Positions 10,934-24,149 are shown, counted from the first letter of the stretch. The stretch: 64,000 nt of DNA from Tubiluchus corallicola (GCA_030141605.1 JAQGDQ010000438.1:102029-166028); one strand, 5' to 3'. Program-made: numbers and translations. The notes: a model not told the origin generated them from the sequence alone.

Positions 10934-13875
10934 TACGTGTTTTCTGTAAGGATCTGAACTTTTCACTTCTGAGACACCCTGTACGTGTTTTCTGTAAGGA
11001 TATGAACTTTTCACTTTTCACTTCTGAGACACCCTGTACGTGTTTTCTATAAGGATCTGAACTTTTCACTTTTTACTTCTGAGACACATGGTACGTGTTT
11101 TCTATAAGGATCTGAACTTTTCACTTTTCACTTCTGAGACACCCTGTACGTGTTTTCTATAAGGATCTGAACTTTTCACTTTTCACTTCTGAGACACCCT
11201 GTACGTGTTTTCTGTAAGGATCTGAACTTTTCACTTTTTACTTCTGAGACACCCTGTACGTGTTTTCTATAAGGATCTGAACTTTTCACTTTTCACTTCT
11301 GAGACACCCTGTACGTGTTTTCTGTAAGGATATGAACTTTTCACTTCTGAGACACCCTGTACGTGTTTTCTGTAAGGATCTGAACTTTTCACTTCTGAGA
11401 CACCCTGTACGTGTTTTCTGTAAGGATCTGAACTTTTCACTTTTCAGTTCTGAGACGCCCTGTACCTGTTTTCTGTAAGGATATGAACTTTTCACTTCTG
11501 AGACACCCTGTACGTGTTTTCTGTAAGGATATGAACTTTTCACTTCTGAGACACCCTGTACGTGTTTTCTGTAAGGATCTGAACTTTTCACTTCTGAGAC
11601 ACCCTGTACGTGTTTTCTGTAAGGATATGAACTTTTCACTTCTGAGACACCCTGTACGTGTTTTCTGTAAGGATATGAACTTTTCACTTCTGAGACACCC
11701 TGTACGTGTTTTCTGTAAGGATATGAACTTTTCATCTTTCACTTCGAGACACCCTGTACGTGTTTTCTGTAGGATATGAACTTTTCACTTCTGAGACACC
11801 CTGTACGTTTTCTGTAAGGATATGAACTTTTCATTTCTGAGACACCCTGTACGTGTTTTCTGTAAGGAGAACTTTTCACTTCTGAGACACCCTGTACGTG
11901 TTTCTGTAAGGATATGAACTTTCACTTTGAGACACCCTGTACGTGTTTTCTGTAAGGATATGAACTTTTCACTTCTGAGACACCCTGTACGTGTTTTCTG
12001 TAAGGATATGAACTTTTCACTTCTGAGACACCCTGTACGTGTTTTCTGTAAGGATATGAACTTTTCACTTCTGAGACACCCTGTACGTGTTTTCTGTAAG
12101 GATCTGAACTTTTCACTTCTGAGACACCCTGTACGTGTTTTCTGTAAGGATATGAACTTTTCACTTTTCATTCTGAGACACCCTGTACGTGTTTTCTGTA
12201 AGGATATGAACTTTTCACTTCTGAGACACCCTGTACGTGTTTTCTGTAAGGATATGAACTTTTCACTTCTGAGACACCCTGTACGTGTTTTCTGTAAGGA
12301 TATGAACTTTTCACTTCTGAGACACCCTGTACGTGTTTTCTGTAAGGATATGAACTTTTCACTTCTGAGACACCCTGTACGTGTTTTCTATAAGGATCTG
12401 AACTTTTCACTTCTGAGACACCCTGTACGTGTTTTCTGTAAGGATATGAACTTTTCACTTCTGAGACACCCTGTACGTGTTTTCTGTAAGGATAGAACTT
12501 TCACTTGAGACACCCTGTACTGTTTCTGTAAGGATATGAACTTTTCACTTCTGAGACACCCTGTACGTGTTTTCTGTAAGGATATGAACTTTTCACTTCT
12601 GAGCCCTGTACGTGTTTTCTGTAAGGATATGAACTTTTCGAGACACCCTGTACGTGTTTTCTGTAAGGATATGAACTTTCACTTCTGAGACACCCTGTAC
12701 GTGTTTTCTGTAAGGATATGAACTTTTCACTTCTGAGACACCCTGTACGTGTTTTCTGTAAGGATCTGAACTTTTCACTTCTGAGACACCCTGTACGTGT
12801 TTTCTGTAAGGATATGAACTTTTCACTTCTGAGACACCCTGTAGTGTTTTCGTAAGGATATGAACTTTTCACTTTGAGACACCCTGTACGTGTTTTCTGT
12901 AAGGATATGAACTTTTCACTTCTGAGACACCCACAAAAACTTTCACTTCTGAGACACCCTGTACGTGTTTTCTGTAAGGATCTGAACTTTTCACTTCTGA
13001 GACACCCTGTACGTGTTTTCTGTAAGGATATGAACTTTTCACTTCTGAGACACCCTGTACGTGTTTTCTGTAAGGATATGAACTTTTCACTTTTCACTTC
13101 TGAGACACCCTGTACGTGTTTTCTGTAAGGATATGAACTTTTCACTTCTGAGACACCCTGTACGTGTTTTCTGTAAGGATATGAACTTTTCACTTCTGAG
13201 ACACCCTGTACGTGTTTTCTGTAAGGATATGAACTTTTCACTTCTGAGACACCCTGTACGTGTTTTCTGTAAGGATATGAACTTTTCACTTCTGAGACAC
13301 CCTGTACGTGTTTTCTGTAAGGATATGAACTTTTCATTTCTGAGACACCCTGTACGTGTTTTCTGTAAGGATATGAACTTTTCACTTCATTCTGAGACAC
13401 CCTGTACGTGTTTTCTGTAAGGATATGAACTTTTCACTTCTGAGACACCCTGTACGTGTTTTCTGTAAGGATATGAACTTTTCACTTCTGAGACACCCTG
13501 TACGTGTTTTCTGTAAGGATATGAACTTTTCACTTCTGAGACACCCTGTACGTGTTTTCTGTAAGGATATGAACTTTTCACTTCTGAGACACCCTGTACG
13601 TGTTTTCTGTAAGGATATGAACTTTTCACTTCTGAGACACCCTGTACGTGTTTTCTGTAAGGATATGAACTTTTCATTTCTGAGACACCCTGTACGTGTT
13701 TTCTGTAAGGATATGAACTTTTCATTTCTGAGACACCCTGTACGTGTTTTCTGTAAGGATATGAACTTTTCACTTCTGAGACACCCTGTACGTGTTTTCT
13801 GTAAGGATATGAACTTTTCACTTTTCACTTCTGAGACACCCTGTACGTGTTTTCTGTAAGGATCTGAACTTTTCA
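10918..13875. repeat. 48-bp minisatellite, ~60 units, derived from the MITE right TIR plus flank
   Basis: Unit cttctgagacaccctgtacgtgttttctgtaaggatatgaacttttca, with some 54-bp variants. Confidence 0.97.
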
Positions 13876-14149
13876 CAAAGAAACAACTAACCGATCTACT
13901 TCATCATTTTTGCAAAGGTAAATCCAATCAAGTGATTGAGTGATTCGTTAAACCCAATCAGGGTTTTACTAGCACAGCTCTCTAATTAAAATGACGATTT
14001 GGCTTAAAGCGCGAATCGATCAAACAATTTTTACACTGTATTTTTATTTAGATGGATTGTTGCATGAATATGACCTTAACTCTGATGAATCGTTACTGAC
14101 ATTTGTGTCTGAATAAAGCCATGTCTTTGTTTAAGTATGTGCTGGCAGT

Positions 14150-14416
14150 CAGGGCCTATTTCACCCTAAAGCGAGGCCCAGGGAAGTGGGACGTGTGAAG
14201 CCCCCTCGGGGGGGGGTATCACCACCATGGTTGGCGCCCAGAAAACTTTTGAAACGCTAGAACGCCGGAGATGCATTTTTGAAGAGAAAATATGGAGTTA
14301 TACAGTTGCTAAGAGGGAGAGAGGATGTTCGCATAAAGCAAAATAATGTTACCTGGGCGTGAGGCCCCCTGGAGGGTGACGCCCCGGGGAAGTATCCCCC
14401 CCTGAAATAGGCCCTG
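14150..14416. mobile_element. hAT-type MITE
   Basis: 14-bp perfect TIR CAGGGCCTATTTCA; 8-bp TSD ctggcagt/ctggctgt. Confidence 0.9.
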
Positions 14417-15765
14417 CTGGCTGTTATTTACATTTTAAGAATCCGTTTTCCCAATCACCAAAAATAAAAAGCGTAGAAAAGAGTATAATTAATAAAATTT
14501 TAGTTTAAAAGTACAGCGATTAAATGTTCAGCTTTCAGAAATTCTTTGGGTAACAGTGGGCGAGCGGGTAACAGATTCAAAGCAAAACCGCTACGCTAGC
14601 GTATTAGCACTTGATAAACGTACCTGCTTACAAACAAAACGGTACTTAACATGATTGTTTCTGCGTGCATAATGCACAAAAGGGAAGTAAAGATGACATA
14701 AAAGTAGGAAAGGCTGTTTGGGCGCATACAAATATCTTATTTTAAGTAGGTGAAGGAAAAATGTTGAGTCAACTATGCCAAGTTATTTGAGTCAATTACC
14801 GATAGTTTTATGTACATCTGAATAGAAGCGGCCCGTACCAAGCGTTTTTGAGTCAATTAAGCGATTGAGTCTATTAGCCGTGCCTACTGTAATTACATTT
14901 TCAGTGTTAATTCAAGAATTTTTTGCTTTTTTATACGCACGTGAACCTTTAACGCTATTCCTTTAAAGATACTCGATCCGCAGCATTTTAAATTAAACAA
15001 ATTTTCAAAGTTAAAACAACAGATGACGCTATTATAAAACTTGATGACGCTGTTGAAATGCAACCGGTGTAGTGGGTGCATAGGCCCTTTTTTGTTTTAA
15101 TTTAGTTTTCAATTACTGCCATGGTGCTGCCATCTGTTTGTTTATTTAGTAGGCATTTAGCTTTTACAGTAGTCAAACTTTTAAAATTGAAGCGCCTAAT
15201 ATCCTTCAATACATTAACATTTTGGCCTTTAATGAGCTATAGCTGTAGTAGTTGTATGACATTTTACCCGTCTTTTGGTTCTCTCCGCCATTGCTCTATT
15301 TTTCTGACTGTGATGAGCTTTATGACTGTGAATTTCTTACGAATTTATTGTTGTGACATTGTTGTTCTTAAGGCTACTTGGAGTTCTCATTCCTGTCTTT
15401 GTAACTGTTAAAGGCTCTAACAACGTAAGTTATTATTAATTAATTTCAATATAGTCTACATGATTTTTATATCAGTTCTTAGTTATAGCAATACATTTAA
15501 TCATGCAACTAATTTTCTTCTACTCAATGCAAATTAAACTAAATGTTAATAATTGTCTTTCAGAATAAAGAAACTTTTGGTCAACACGTTAAACTGGTGT
15601 TTTGTATCCATTTCACCGATTTTATGTTATGTGAACTGTACATGCAAATTACATCATCTACTACTCTCTATGTACAGTACGATTTCTTATGAGAAGCTTA
15701 ATCAACAGAAACCAAGTACCTGTTTGTTCCTTAATTATGAAACCAGAGTATTATTAATAGTTTAC

Positions 15766-15874
15766 CCGTAGAGTTACTAGGAGCAAAGGCAGCTTCGCCT
15801 AAGGAATGGATGCATTCGTCTTCACTCGAATACCTCTTGTAGGTTGTCATTTTTACACTGCTGTCATTCAGTCC
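15766..15874 (-). CDS. Pdfr: PDF receptor-like class B GPCR, first identified coding exon (N-terminal ectodomain, Cys1)
   Basis: ttttcAG acceptor, GTaaac donor; 109 nt encoding GLNDSSVKMTTYKRYSSEDECIHSLGEAAFAPSNSTG. Phase-1 end fits the next exon and supplies the first of six ectodomain Cys. Not in the ORF track. Confidence 0.75.
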
Positions 15875-16105
15875 CTGAAAAACAAACTTTGAGTGACTTT
15901 AAAAGGATTAAGATTCTCGCCTGGACTATGCACTGTAATTGAAGCAAGATTAGTAAGAAAATCAGTGTTGCAAATTTACAATTTGTGGTAAAAAGCGGCA
16001 ACAATAACCACACAACAGTATCAGCGGTTCTGGGGTGACTTGTACATGCCTGTCATTATAATTACACTTATCACAACTGTCTAAGTTTTTAAATACGAAA
16101 TCACG

Positions 16106-16790
16106 TAAAAAAGTCACAGGTAAAAAAGTCACAGGATAAAAGTCACATAAAAAGTCACAGGTAATAAAGTCACAGGTAATAAAGTCACAGGATAAAAGTC
16201 ACAGGTAATAAAGTCACAGGATAAAAGTCACAGGTAATAAAGTCACAGGTAAAAAGTCACAGGTAATAAAGTCACAGGTAAAAAGTCACAGGTAAAAAGT
16301 CACAGGTAATAAAGTCACAGGTAAAAAGTCACAGGTAATAAAGTCACAGGTAATAAAGTCACAGGATAAAATTTACAGGTAAAAAAGTCACAGGTAAAAA
16401 AGTCACAGGGAAAAATTCACAGAAAGCAGTCACAGGTAATAAAGTCACAGGATAAAATTTACAGATAAAAAAGTCACAGGTAACAGGTAAAAAAGTCACA
16501 GGTAACAAAGTCACAGGATAAAATTTACAGGTAAAAAAGTCACAGGTAACAAAGTCACAGGATAAAATTTACAGGTAAAAAAGTCACAGGGAAAAATTCA
16601 CAGAAAAAGGTTACAGGTAATAAAGTCACAGGATGAAAGTCACAGTTAAAAAGAAATAACTTTAACCTTAACCATAATCCTAACCCAAACCCTAGAAAAA
16701 TTAATTTGGATTCTTTTCCTGTGACTTTTCTAGCCAAAATTATGGCTCTGTTTCCGTGATTTTTCCTGTGATTTTATTACCGGTTGGCCA
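16106..16790 (+). mobile_element. AAAGTCACAGG-repeat element (Helentron/HINE-like) with expanded 14-15-bp tandem array
   Basis: ~35 aaagtcacagg(t/a)aa units, a taacct/taaccc tract at 16663-16693, and inverted cctgtga motifs at 16718-16780. Confidence 0.6.
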
Positions 16791-16979
16791 CCTGAAATAC
16801 AGTCTCTGATACCTATATGTACACCTGTTCATTAACTTCATCACTATCTTAGTCATCATCATTGTTATAATCATTGTCGTTATCATTGTCATCGTGATTG
16901 CCGTCCTCAGCTTTTTGACCATATACATTGCCAAAATTTCTCAAACAGAGAATTACACAAATCTTTTATATTCAAACAA

Positions 16980-17275
16980 GATGTCAACATGGCACAATCT
17001 ATTATCTTTCTTCCTACCATTTCCACTAACACATCCTTCTACCCTTCCTGTGTGATCTAACCTTTCTCCCAGTTCTTTTTTGTTCACTCATCCATTCTTT
17101 TTTTATCGGGTTCACATGACAGTGGGCTTATACAAGCCTTTGCTTCTCTAGCCCACTGCAGTACAATTATTCTTTTATGATAACGATAGTGCATGAAACA
17201 TAACAATTTAATACAGTAGATGTAATAATTTTGATGTAACTGTGTGCTTAATGTCATTATATTGTACTGAACGTG

Positions 17276-17365
<90 letters not shown>

Positions 17366-17560
17366 GTGATAATGATAATGATAATGATAATGATAATGAT
17401 AATGATAATGATAATGATAATGATAATGATAATGATAATGATAATGATAATGATAATGATAATGATAATGATAATGATAATGATAATGATAATGATAATG
17501 ATAATGATAATGATAATGATAATGATAATGATAATGATAATGATAATGATAATGATAATG

Positions 17561-17595
<35 letters not shown>

Positions 17596-17639
17596 GATAA
17601 TAATAATAATAATGATAATAATAATAATAATAATAATAA
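16980..17639 (+). mobile_element. Retroelement 3'UTR copy 2, with its tail expanded into an (AAT)n/(GATAAT)n microsatellite
   Basis: Reverse complement of 4944-5268, followed by a ~365-bp tail at 17275-17639. Confidence 0.75.
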
Positions 17640-18782
17640 AAGATTACAATGTCTGGCCTTAAAAAAGATGGCGCTGCCAGTCATGCGATGAGACAATGGT
17701 GAAGACGAAAACAACGGCATTAACCATCATTTAAGAGAAGATGGGAGGAAAACGAGCAATACATTTCTTTAGGACAAGTATATAAGGACATTAACAACAA
17801 TCCATCCTCAGCGAAACAAACACAAAGCCAGTCTCATCCTAATTAGAGTGCTATAGATTAGTAAACTATTGATTGTGAGTTTATAAATCTTGCGTTATTG
17901 GAGGCACTCAAACATGGAGAATAGTATTTTAGAAGTAAGAATTGTCTAGTGCGTGCATATTGATCCTGCTGCCGTTCATATTATGTTAATTGGGTGTCAT
18001 CCACGTGGAAAAAGATGGCGAGGTGAATTTGTTGCATCCGTAATAAATAGCGTACAATCTGATACTGACATTAATTGAACAAGGAAAGAGGTAAAAAGAT
18101 CCAAGAAAAACAAAAGAAGAGAAATGGATGCTGAAAGGGAAGATATGAAAATGAAGATGTTTAAAAAAGTAGGACAAGGAAATGAGGCAAAAATAGTTGG
18201 ACGACTGAGATTAAAGGAAAGGTCAAGCCTTCTGCAGAGGTGGGTTTATTTCGGTTTTCGCGATAAAATGTTCAAAGGACTTAGTAATAAAAATGTAATA
18301 AGCGTCTTGTAACGTGGCTGAAACTTCTGTTAGTTCAGTGGCTCAGTTTAAAAGAATATCCTTGATAATGAGGTAGATCCAGTCATGCCGCAGTGTAAAA
18401 ATTGAGTATGAAAAGTAAAAATCTAGTCTGTAACTTCTGTTGAGCTAAAGATCTATAAATAAAAGTGTAATAAAAAATCCTGTGAAATAATCTTTTCTAG
18501 TTTGCCCTTGACATTACTTTCATGTGAGAAACAAATGTGCGTCTTTGCTAAATGTTTAACCAAAGCAGACAATCGAAAGTTTCAAACCCAGTTTTGAAAC
18601 AGCCCATTGCTCCCAAATCGGAAACAAATTTTTTTACACTGTTAAAGCGAAAAACAAACTGAATGCTTTTGCATATAAATCCTATAATTAGTAATTAATT
18701 AAAAACTTCACTGGAAAATTTCTTGTTGACTGGTATGACCTAAATTCGAGCAGAAATGGGTATTAAATGTCTAATATAAGGC

Positions 18783-19040
18783 CTTCTACCCTTCCCGTGT
18801 GATCTAACCTTTCTCCCAGTTCCTTTTTTTTGTTCACTCATCCATTCTTTTTTTATCGGGTTCACATGACAGTGGGCTTATACAAGCCTTTGCTTCTCTA
18901 GCCCACTGCAGTACAATTATTCTTTTATGATAACGATAGTGAATGAAACATAAGAATTTAATACAGTAGATGTAATAATTTTGATGTCACTGTGTGCTTA
19001 ATGTCATTATATTGTACTGAATGTGATAATGATAATAAAT
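18783..19040 (+). mobile_element. Retroelement 3'UTR copy 3
   Basis: Matches 17033-17280; short gataat/aat tail. Confidence 0.75.
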
Positions 19041-19897
19041 AAAAAATTATTTTTCGGTCAACTTTGGTTCCTAAGTACTACAGAGTAGATACTGTATTTC
19101 ACAGTTTTTTTACACTGACCATCTGCTACTATACTATTACACAACAATATTTTTCCATTCTGACATGAATAGGATAAGCAGCTTATGCGTTCAGAGGCGC
19201 TCACAGAATTTGCTTAATCATCTGCCTTGGTGCCGGTGTTTTTAGACAAAATCAACACATCAATAATGACCACGTTGTCTGCGGAGGTGCCCGTGTTTGG
19301 ATTCGGAAACCCCGGTTTACACGAGACCCCGAAGCTGAGGGCACGCTTTTCAATGAACTGCTTGAAGGTGCGACGCATCTGGTTACGCAGGAGAAGCCGC
19401 AAAAGTAGCCAAGCGGAGGACGACGAAATTCGTTATTATGTTTCATTTTGCGTTCAACGTAAATCGAAACCCCAGAGGAGGAAAGCTACTTTATCCATCT
19501 TAACAAGTAACGCAAGGTCGACAAGACTCTGCAGTTTATGCACTACTACACGACGTTTTTTAATGAAATCCATCAGATTCGGTAAAATTTTATAGTTTTA
19601 TTTACTGACTTGGAGGCTCATATAAGTCATATGTTTATCCCAGCAGAAGTTTTTAGAGCAGGATAGTAACGCCTTTCACTGGTAGTGTTGCGTTCAATTC
19701 AACATCGTTTATACATTCCAAGGTCAAAACGGACGCATAAACGGTTTTAAAAATAATTAATTAGCTTTCTTATTAACTCCAAAAAACAACCATTTCACGG
19801 CAGTTGCTAGTAATGAGGTAAATAACGGCTGTATATTACAGTAATATTTGAAAAAAATTACTGCTGTATTCCGAGATAGGGTCTGAATCAGGGCCAT

Positions 19898-20279
19898 GAT
19901 ACATAACCTTAATATAGCTGCCTTAGGAACTAATGATCTGTTGAAGTTGTTATTATTCGGAAAGGATGAATTCAACTATGTTACTAACTGTAAAATATTC
20001 CAATGTATACATGACTTTATATTACGTACTAAACGCTTCCAGTAGTTTCTATCTGATATGAAATGCATCAGTCTTAAATGATCGTACATTATTCTAACCG
20101 TCATTTTCTACTAATGTCTAATGTAATCTTGTAGTAAAACATGTCAGCTTGTGTAGTTATAGTCTATTCTTACTGTAAATGTTCTTGTAAATAGTGTATA
20201 AAGTCTGTTGTGGTGAGGATCCTAAATCATGTTGTTCAAACTGCCTGATCCAATCCTATAATAAATTATGCTTAAACTT
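19898..20279 (+). mobile_element. LINE (CR1/L2-like) 3' fragment with 12-bp TSD
   Basis: Encodes LNIAALGTNDLLKLLLFGKDEFNYVTNCKIFQCIHDFILRTKRFQ*; TSD aatcagggccat at 19886-19897 and 20280-20291. Confidence 0.85.
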
Positions 20280-20582
20280 AATCAGGGCCATCTTAACAGC
20301 ATTGTAGACCCCCGGGCAAAGCAGTGAGCAGTGCACTGGGGCCCCTACCTGGGGCCCCACTCACAGAACTAAAAATTTAAATGGTTGAGAAAATTAAAAA
20401 TTTATTCTACTGGCTACCAAAATTATTAGATTTTGATTAAACGTTAGAAAACATGCTGTACAGTAACGATTAATCAACACAGCGGTTTAATATATGCCAT
20501 GAAAAACACATAAATAGATTAGCACGGAGCCCCTATGCTCGTGGGTCCCCCGAGCAACTGCTCCGTGTGCTGATGCCGTAAG

Positions 20583-21442
20583 TAAGGGTGAGCATTCTCT
20601 ATCAGAAAGCGAATTCGAATCGAATCGAATTTGTGACTTTCGAATTCGAATTGAAGCGAACTTCAGTATGTCGAATCGAATTCGAATTGAGATTGAACGA
20701 TTTTCCAACCACCAATAAAAATTAGTGTTGCAAAGATCGTGCATATTACTCGAGCAGTAAAACCAGTAATAATTTGTTTTTAAAATTGTGCACAGAAATC
20801 ACAGAGCTCTAAATTACGCTAATTGCGCCATGTTTCAATCGATTGAATGATAAACAATGTACGTGATCGGAAGTGCTGAATTATTTAAATCCATAGTTTT
20901 ACGTTCGAATCGATTTCGAGCTAAAAAAACTCGTTAGAATCGAATTCGAACTAAAAAAACTCGTTCGAATCGAATTCGAGCTAAAAAAACTTGTTCGAAT
21001 CTAATTCGAGCTAAAAAACTCGTTCGAATCTAACTCGAGCTAAAAAAACTCGTTCGAATCTAATTCGAGCTAAAAAACTCGTTCGAATCTAATTCGAGCT
21101 AAAAAACTCGTTCGAATCTAATTCGAGCTAAAAAAAACTCGTTCGAATCTAATTCGAGCTAAAAAAACTCGTTCGAATCGAATTCGAGCTTTAAAAAACC
21201 TCGTTCGAATCGAATTCGAGCTAAAAAAAAACTCGTTCGAATCGAATTCGAGCTTAGAAAAACTCGTTCGAATCGAATTCGAGCTAAAAAAACCTCGTTC
21301 AAATCCAATTCGAGCTTAAAAAACTCGTTCGAATAGAATTCGAGCTAAATAAACTCGTTCGAATCGAATTCAAGCTAAAAACTCGTTCGAATCGAATTTG
21401 AGCTAAAAAAACACGAATTCGAACGTTCGATGCTCACCCCTA
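20583..21442. mobile_element. hAT-type MITE with internal ~30-bp palindrome-rich tandem repeat
   Basis: TIR TA(A/G)GGGTGAGCAT; perfect 8-bp TSD gccgtaag; ttcgaatcgaattcgagctaaaaaaactcg array at ~20905-21420. Confidence 0.9.
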
Positions 21443-22109
21443 GCCGTAAGATGACCCTTGCCTGAATTTTTTTGCACGCAAATGTTTTCGACCTCTTATT
21501 GCTAGTTGCACACAACATAAACTCTGTTGTGGGTTGTGAAGATCTTCAGATCTTCTAAACGTTGCCATGTCGAATATTTTTCGTGCAATATGGACGCTGC
21601 GAAATTTTATCAGATCATTCTGGACGCAGAAATTTCCTCCTAAGAGAAACTTTTCTGCTCGTAACGACTCGACAAACTCGTCGGCTGGATGCAATTTTGT
21701 TTATTGCCGTTTCGCGCAGAACAATGTTGGAATATTAACACTGTCGATATTCGCATTTATGAAGTCCACGGTCACATTATTCGCTGCTTGATTGCATATT
21801 AAATCCCACAGTGTGCAGAGCTGATGCAAGGTGATATTTGTTGTACAAATTGTTTTGTTTCGTCGCGGTTTTGTTCAAATTTATGATCAGCAGCCTCGTA
21901 GGATGATAATTAGATATGGATAATTATAGGATTACTTGATTAAAATGTACAAATAGCGATAAACGTGTGAATTTGGGTTGTTTTCGGGCGTAAAGTAGTC
22001 ACCGAAGGCTTTACATAGGTTGTCTTGAGCCCCGTTCACATTAATAAATGCAAGATGCACCCTGGATGTTCACGATCCGTTTTGCACCTTTATTAACTTT
22101 GTCCTCTTA

Positions 22110-22912
22110 AGCCCCGTTTACACTGCACGTAGATATGTCGACTTGTTCTACCCTTGTGTACTGGAAATCTTGTATTAGTGTACATAGCAGCCTACGCTTG
22201 TACGGGCTTTGGCCACCTTGTGGCGATTTTTGGCCTAATCACGTGATCAATTTGATCTGGGTGAGAGGCCTACTATGAAGTGAAGACGTGTCATGATAAG
22301 TTATAAGATATTGTCGTTATCTGTTTACAATTGCTCATGATTTGGGGCTAATAACATGTGTTTATCCTCTAGTTACTTTAATAAACTTAAATTTAGTTTA
22401 AAATAACAGCTAGGTATTAATTAATATGACAGTGCAGTGTAAAACTCTTAATTATGTAAAATTGACTTTTGGCTATTGTTATTTTTTGTTATTTTTGCCA
22501 CTAATTTCTTATGTTTAGATGGAATGACGTGTTTTGGCAAATAAAGAGCAAAGAAAGAGCAAAATTTAATCGAGCTTCGAATTTGGTTTTTGAAAGCCCA
22601 AACACCTTGTGTCAGTAAATACACATCGTCAGGGTTCAATGAATTGTGCTTGGTCACGACTGTACCGTCCTAGTAGAGCGTGACAAATACAAATAAAATA
22701 CAAATAAATACAAACAAATACAAATTAATAAACGATACAAATAAACCCGGTTCCTAGGTGTGAAGATCTTCTGGAATAGTGCAGAATTTACTCGCGGAAA
22801 TTCCAGGATCCGTGGTTGTTTTTCTAACAATGGAACTGGTTTACATTTAGACCTGGATCTAAAAAATGTCCAGGACAGGAAGAAAATCTCCTGCGTAGTG
22901 TGAACGGGGCCT
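22110..22912. mobile_element. PIF/Harbinger-like MITE
   Basis: gccccgtttacact ... agtgtgaacggggc termini with TWA-like flanks; an extra left-end-like copy near 22029. Confidence 0.55.
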
Positions 22913-23239
22913 TGAATGTGTGCTGGCATTCTCTAGCAGTTAAACACATTATTAATAGGCGAATGTTAGCAGACTAATCCATACTAAATTTACTATAAGC
23001 TATGCGTGACACGAAAGCCTCTCTCGAGAGTGGAAGAACATTCTAGTACGTTCTTCGATTAAGAATCGCAGAAGCAAAATGCCACGCACGAATTTGGTTT
23101 TAGCTGAAAGCTTATGCTAGTTACTTTGACAGCCTGAATAATTGTTAACTGGTGCCAGTTTGGCGTATTTAAGCTACATTTCTTAAAAACTAATTGAACC
23201 ACATGTGTATGCAGACCAGAATGGAAAAATCGAATAGAT

Positions 23240-23751
23240 AATGATGGTGTTGTAATGGTGATAATGATGTTGATGGTGGTGATGATTGTAATGGTGATGA
23301 TGATGTTGATGGTGATGATGATGATGATGTTGGTGGTGACGATTGTAATGGTGATAATGATGTTGATGGTGGTGATGATTGTAATGGTGATAATGATGTT
23401 GATGATGATGATGCAAATGATGTTGATGATAATGATAATGATGATGATGAAGATGATGATGATGAAGATGATGATGATGATGAAAATGATGATGATGGTT
23501 GTGGTGGTGGTGGTGGCGGTGGTGGTGGTGGTGGTGGTGGTGGTGATGATGATGATAATCATCGTGATGGTGATGATTGTAATGGTGATAATGATGATGA
23601 TGGTGGTGATGATTGTAATGGTGATAATGATGTTGATGATGATGATGATGATGATGATGAAAATGATGTTCATGATGATGATGATAATGATGATGATGAT
23701 GATGATGATGAAAATGATGTTGATGATGATGATAATGATGATGACGATGAA

Positions 23752-23790
<39 letters not shown>
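23240..23790. repeat. (GAT/GGT)n microsatellite
   Basis: Visible trinucleotide runs. Confidence 0.97.
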
Positions 23791-24149
23791 AAAGGAAGAA
23801 GAAGCAGAAAAAGAAGAAGAAAAACAGCAGCATATAAAAATTTATTGTAAAGTTACTACATTGCGGTCGAATGTTAGTGGGTTGAACAAAATTTTCTAAG
23901 CTTGTGCGAAAACTGTTTTCAAACAACTTGACTGGAACATAACTATTAGTCCTGTACTTAGGTTTCGAGTGTTGCACTAGCGTTAAATTAAATGGCATGT
24001 ATAGGTCACATTCAAGTGAAAGCAGTTATCGAAATAATCACACGTATCTTACACTATTATGTGTGAAGAGGATTTAGTCGCAAGCTAAAATGTATGAGGT
24101 TATATGAAGGATTCGATGTTGTAGTGTATGTTTTAGTGTATGTACAGAC

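Larger units (their letters stand above)
19889..21459. mobile_element. hAT-type MITE (host) interrupted by two nested insertions
   Basis: TIR CAGGGCCATCTTA / TAAGATGACCCTT; 8-bp TSD gtctgaat (19881-19888) / gcctgaat (21460-21467). Confidence 0.75.

Noticed and set aside
5650-13875. CRISPR-like arrays (regular 48-56-bp periodicity)
   Set aside because: Units are head-to-tail near-identical with no unique spacers, there are no cas genes, and the context is eukaryotic intron.
10854-13876. Repetitive ORFs (KSSYPYRKHVQGVSEV etc.)
   Set aside because: By-products of a 48-bp unit open in several frames on both strands; the unit derives from a transposon TIR.
16660-16695. Interstitial telomeric repeat (taaccc-like; also 2010-2056)
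   Set aside because: Short, degenerate and embedded at the same position in two copies of a dispersed element.
18391-19117. CACTA/EnSpm-like cagtgtaaaaa / tttttacactg termini
   Set aside because: Could not pair the ends with a consistent TSD.
19190-19600. GC-richer patch with overlapping short ORFs (RRTFKQ, superficially LC3-like)
   Set aside because: No extended similarity to any family I recognise and no convincing splice sites.
22209-22228. CTCF-like motif (ccacaaggtggc on the minus strand) and similar motifs in the Kolobok MITEs
   Set aside because: Single short matches inside transposons cannot be supported without binding data.
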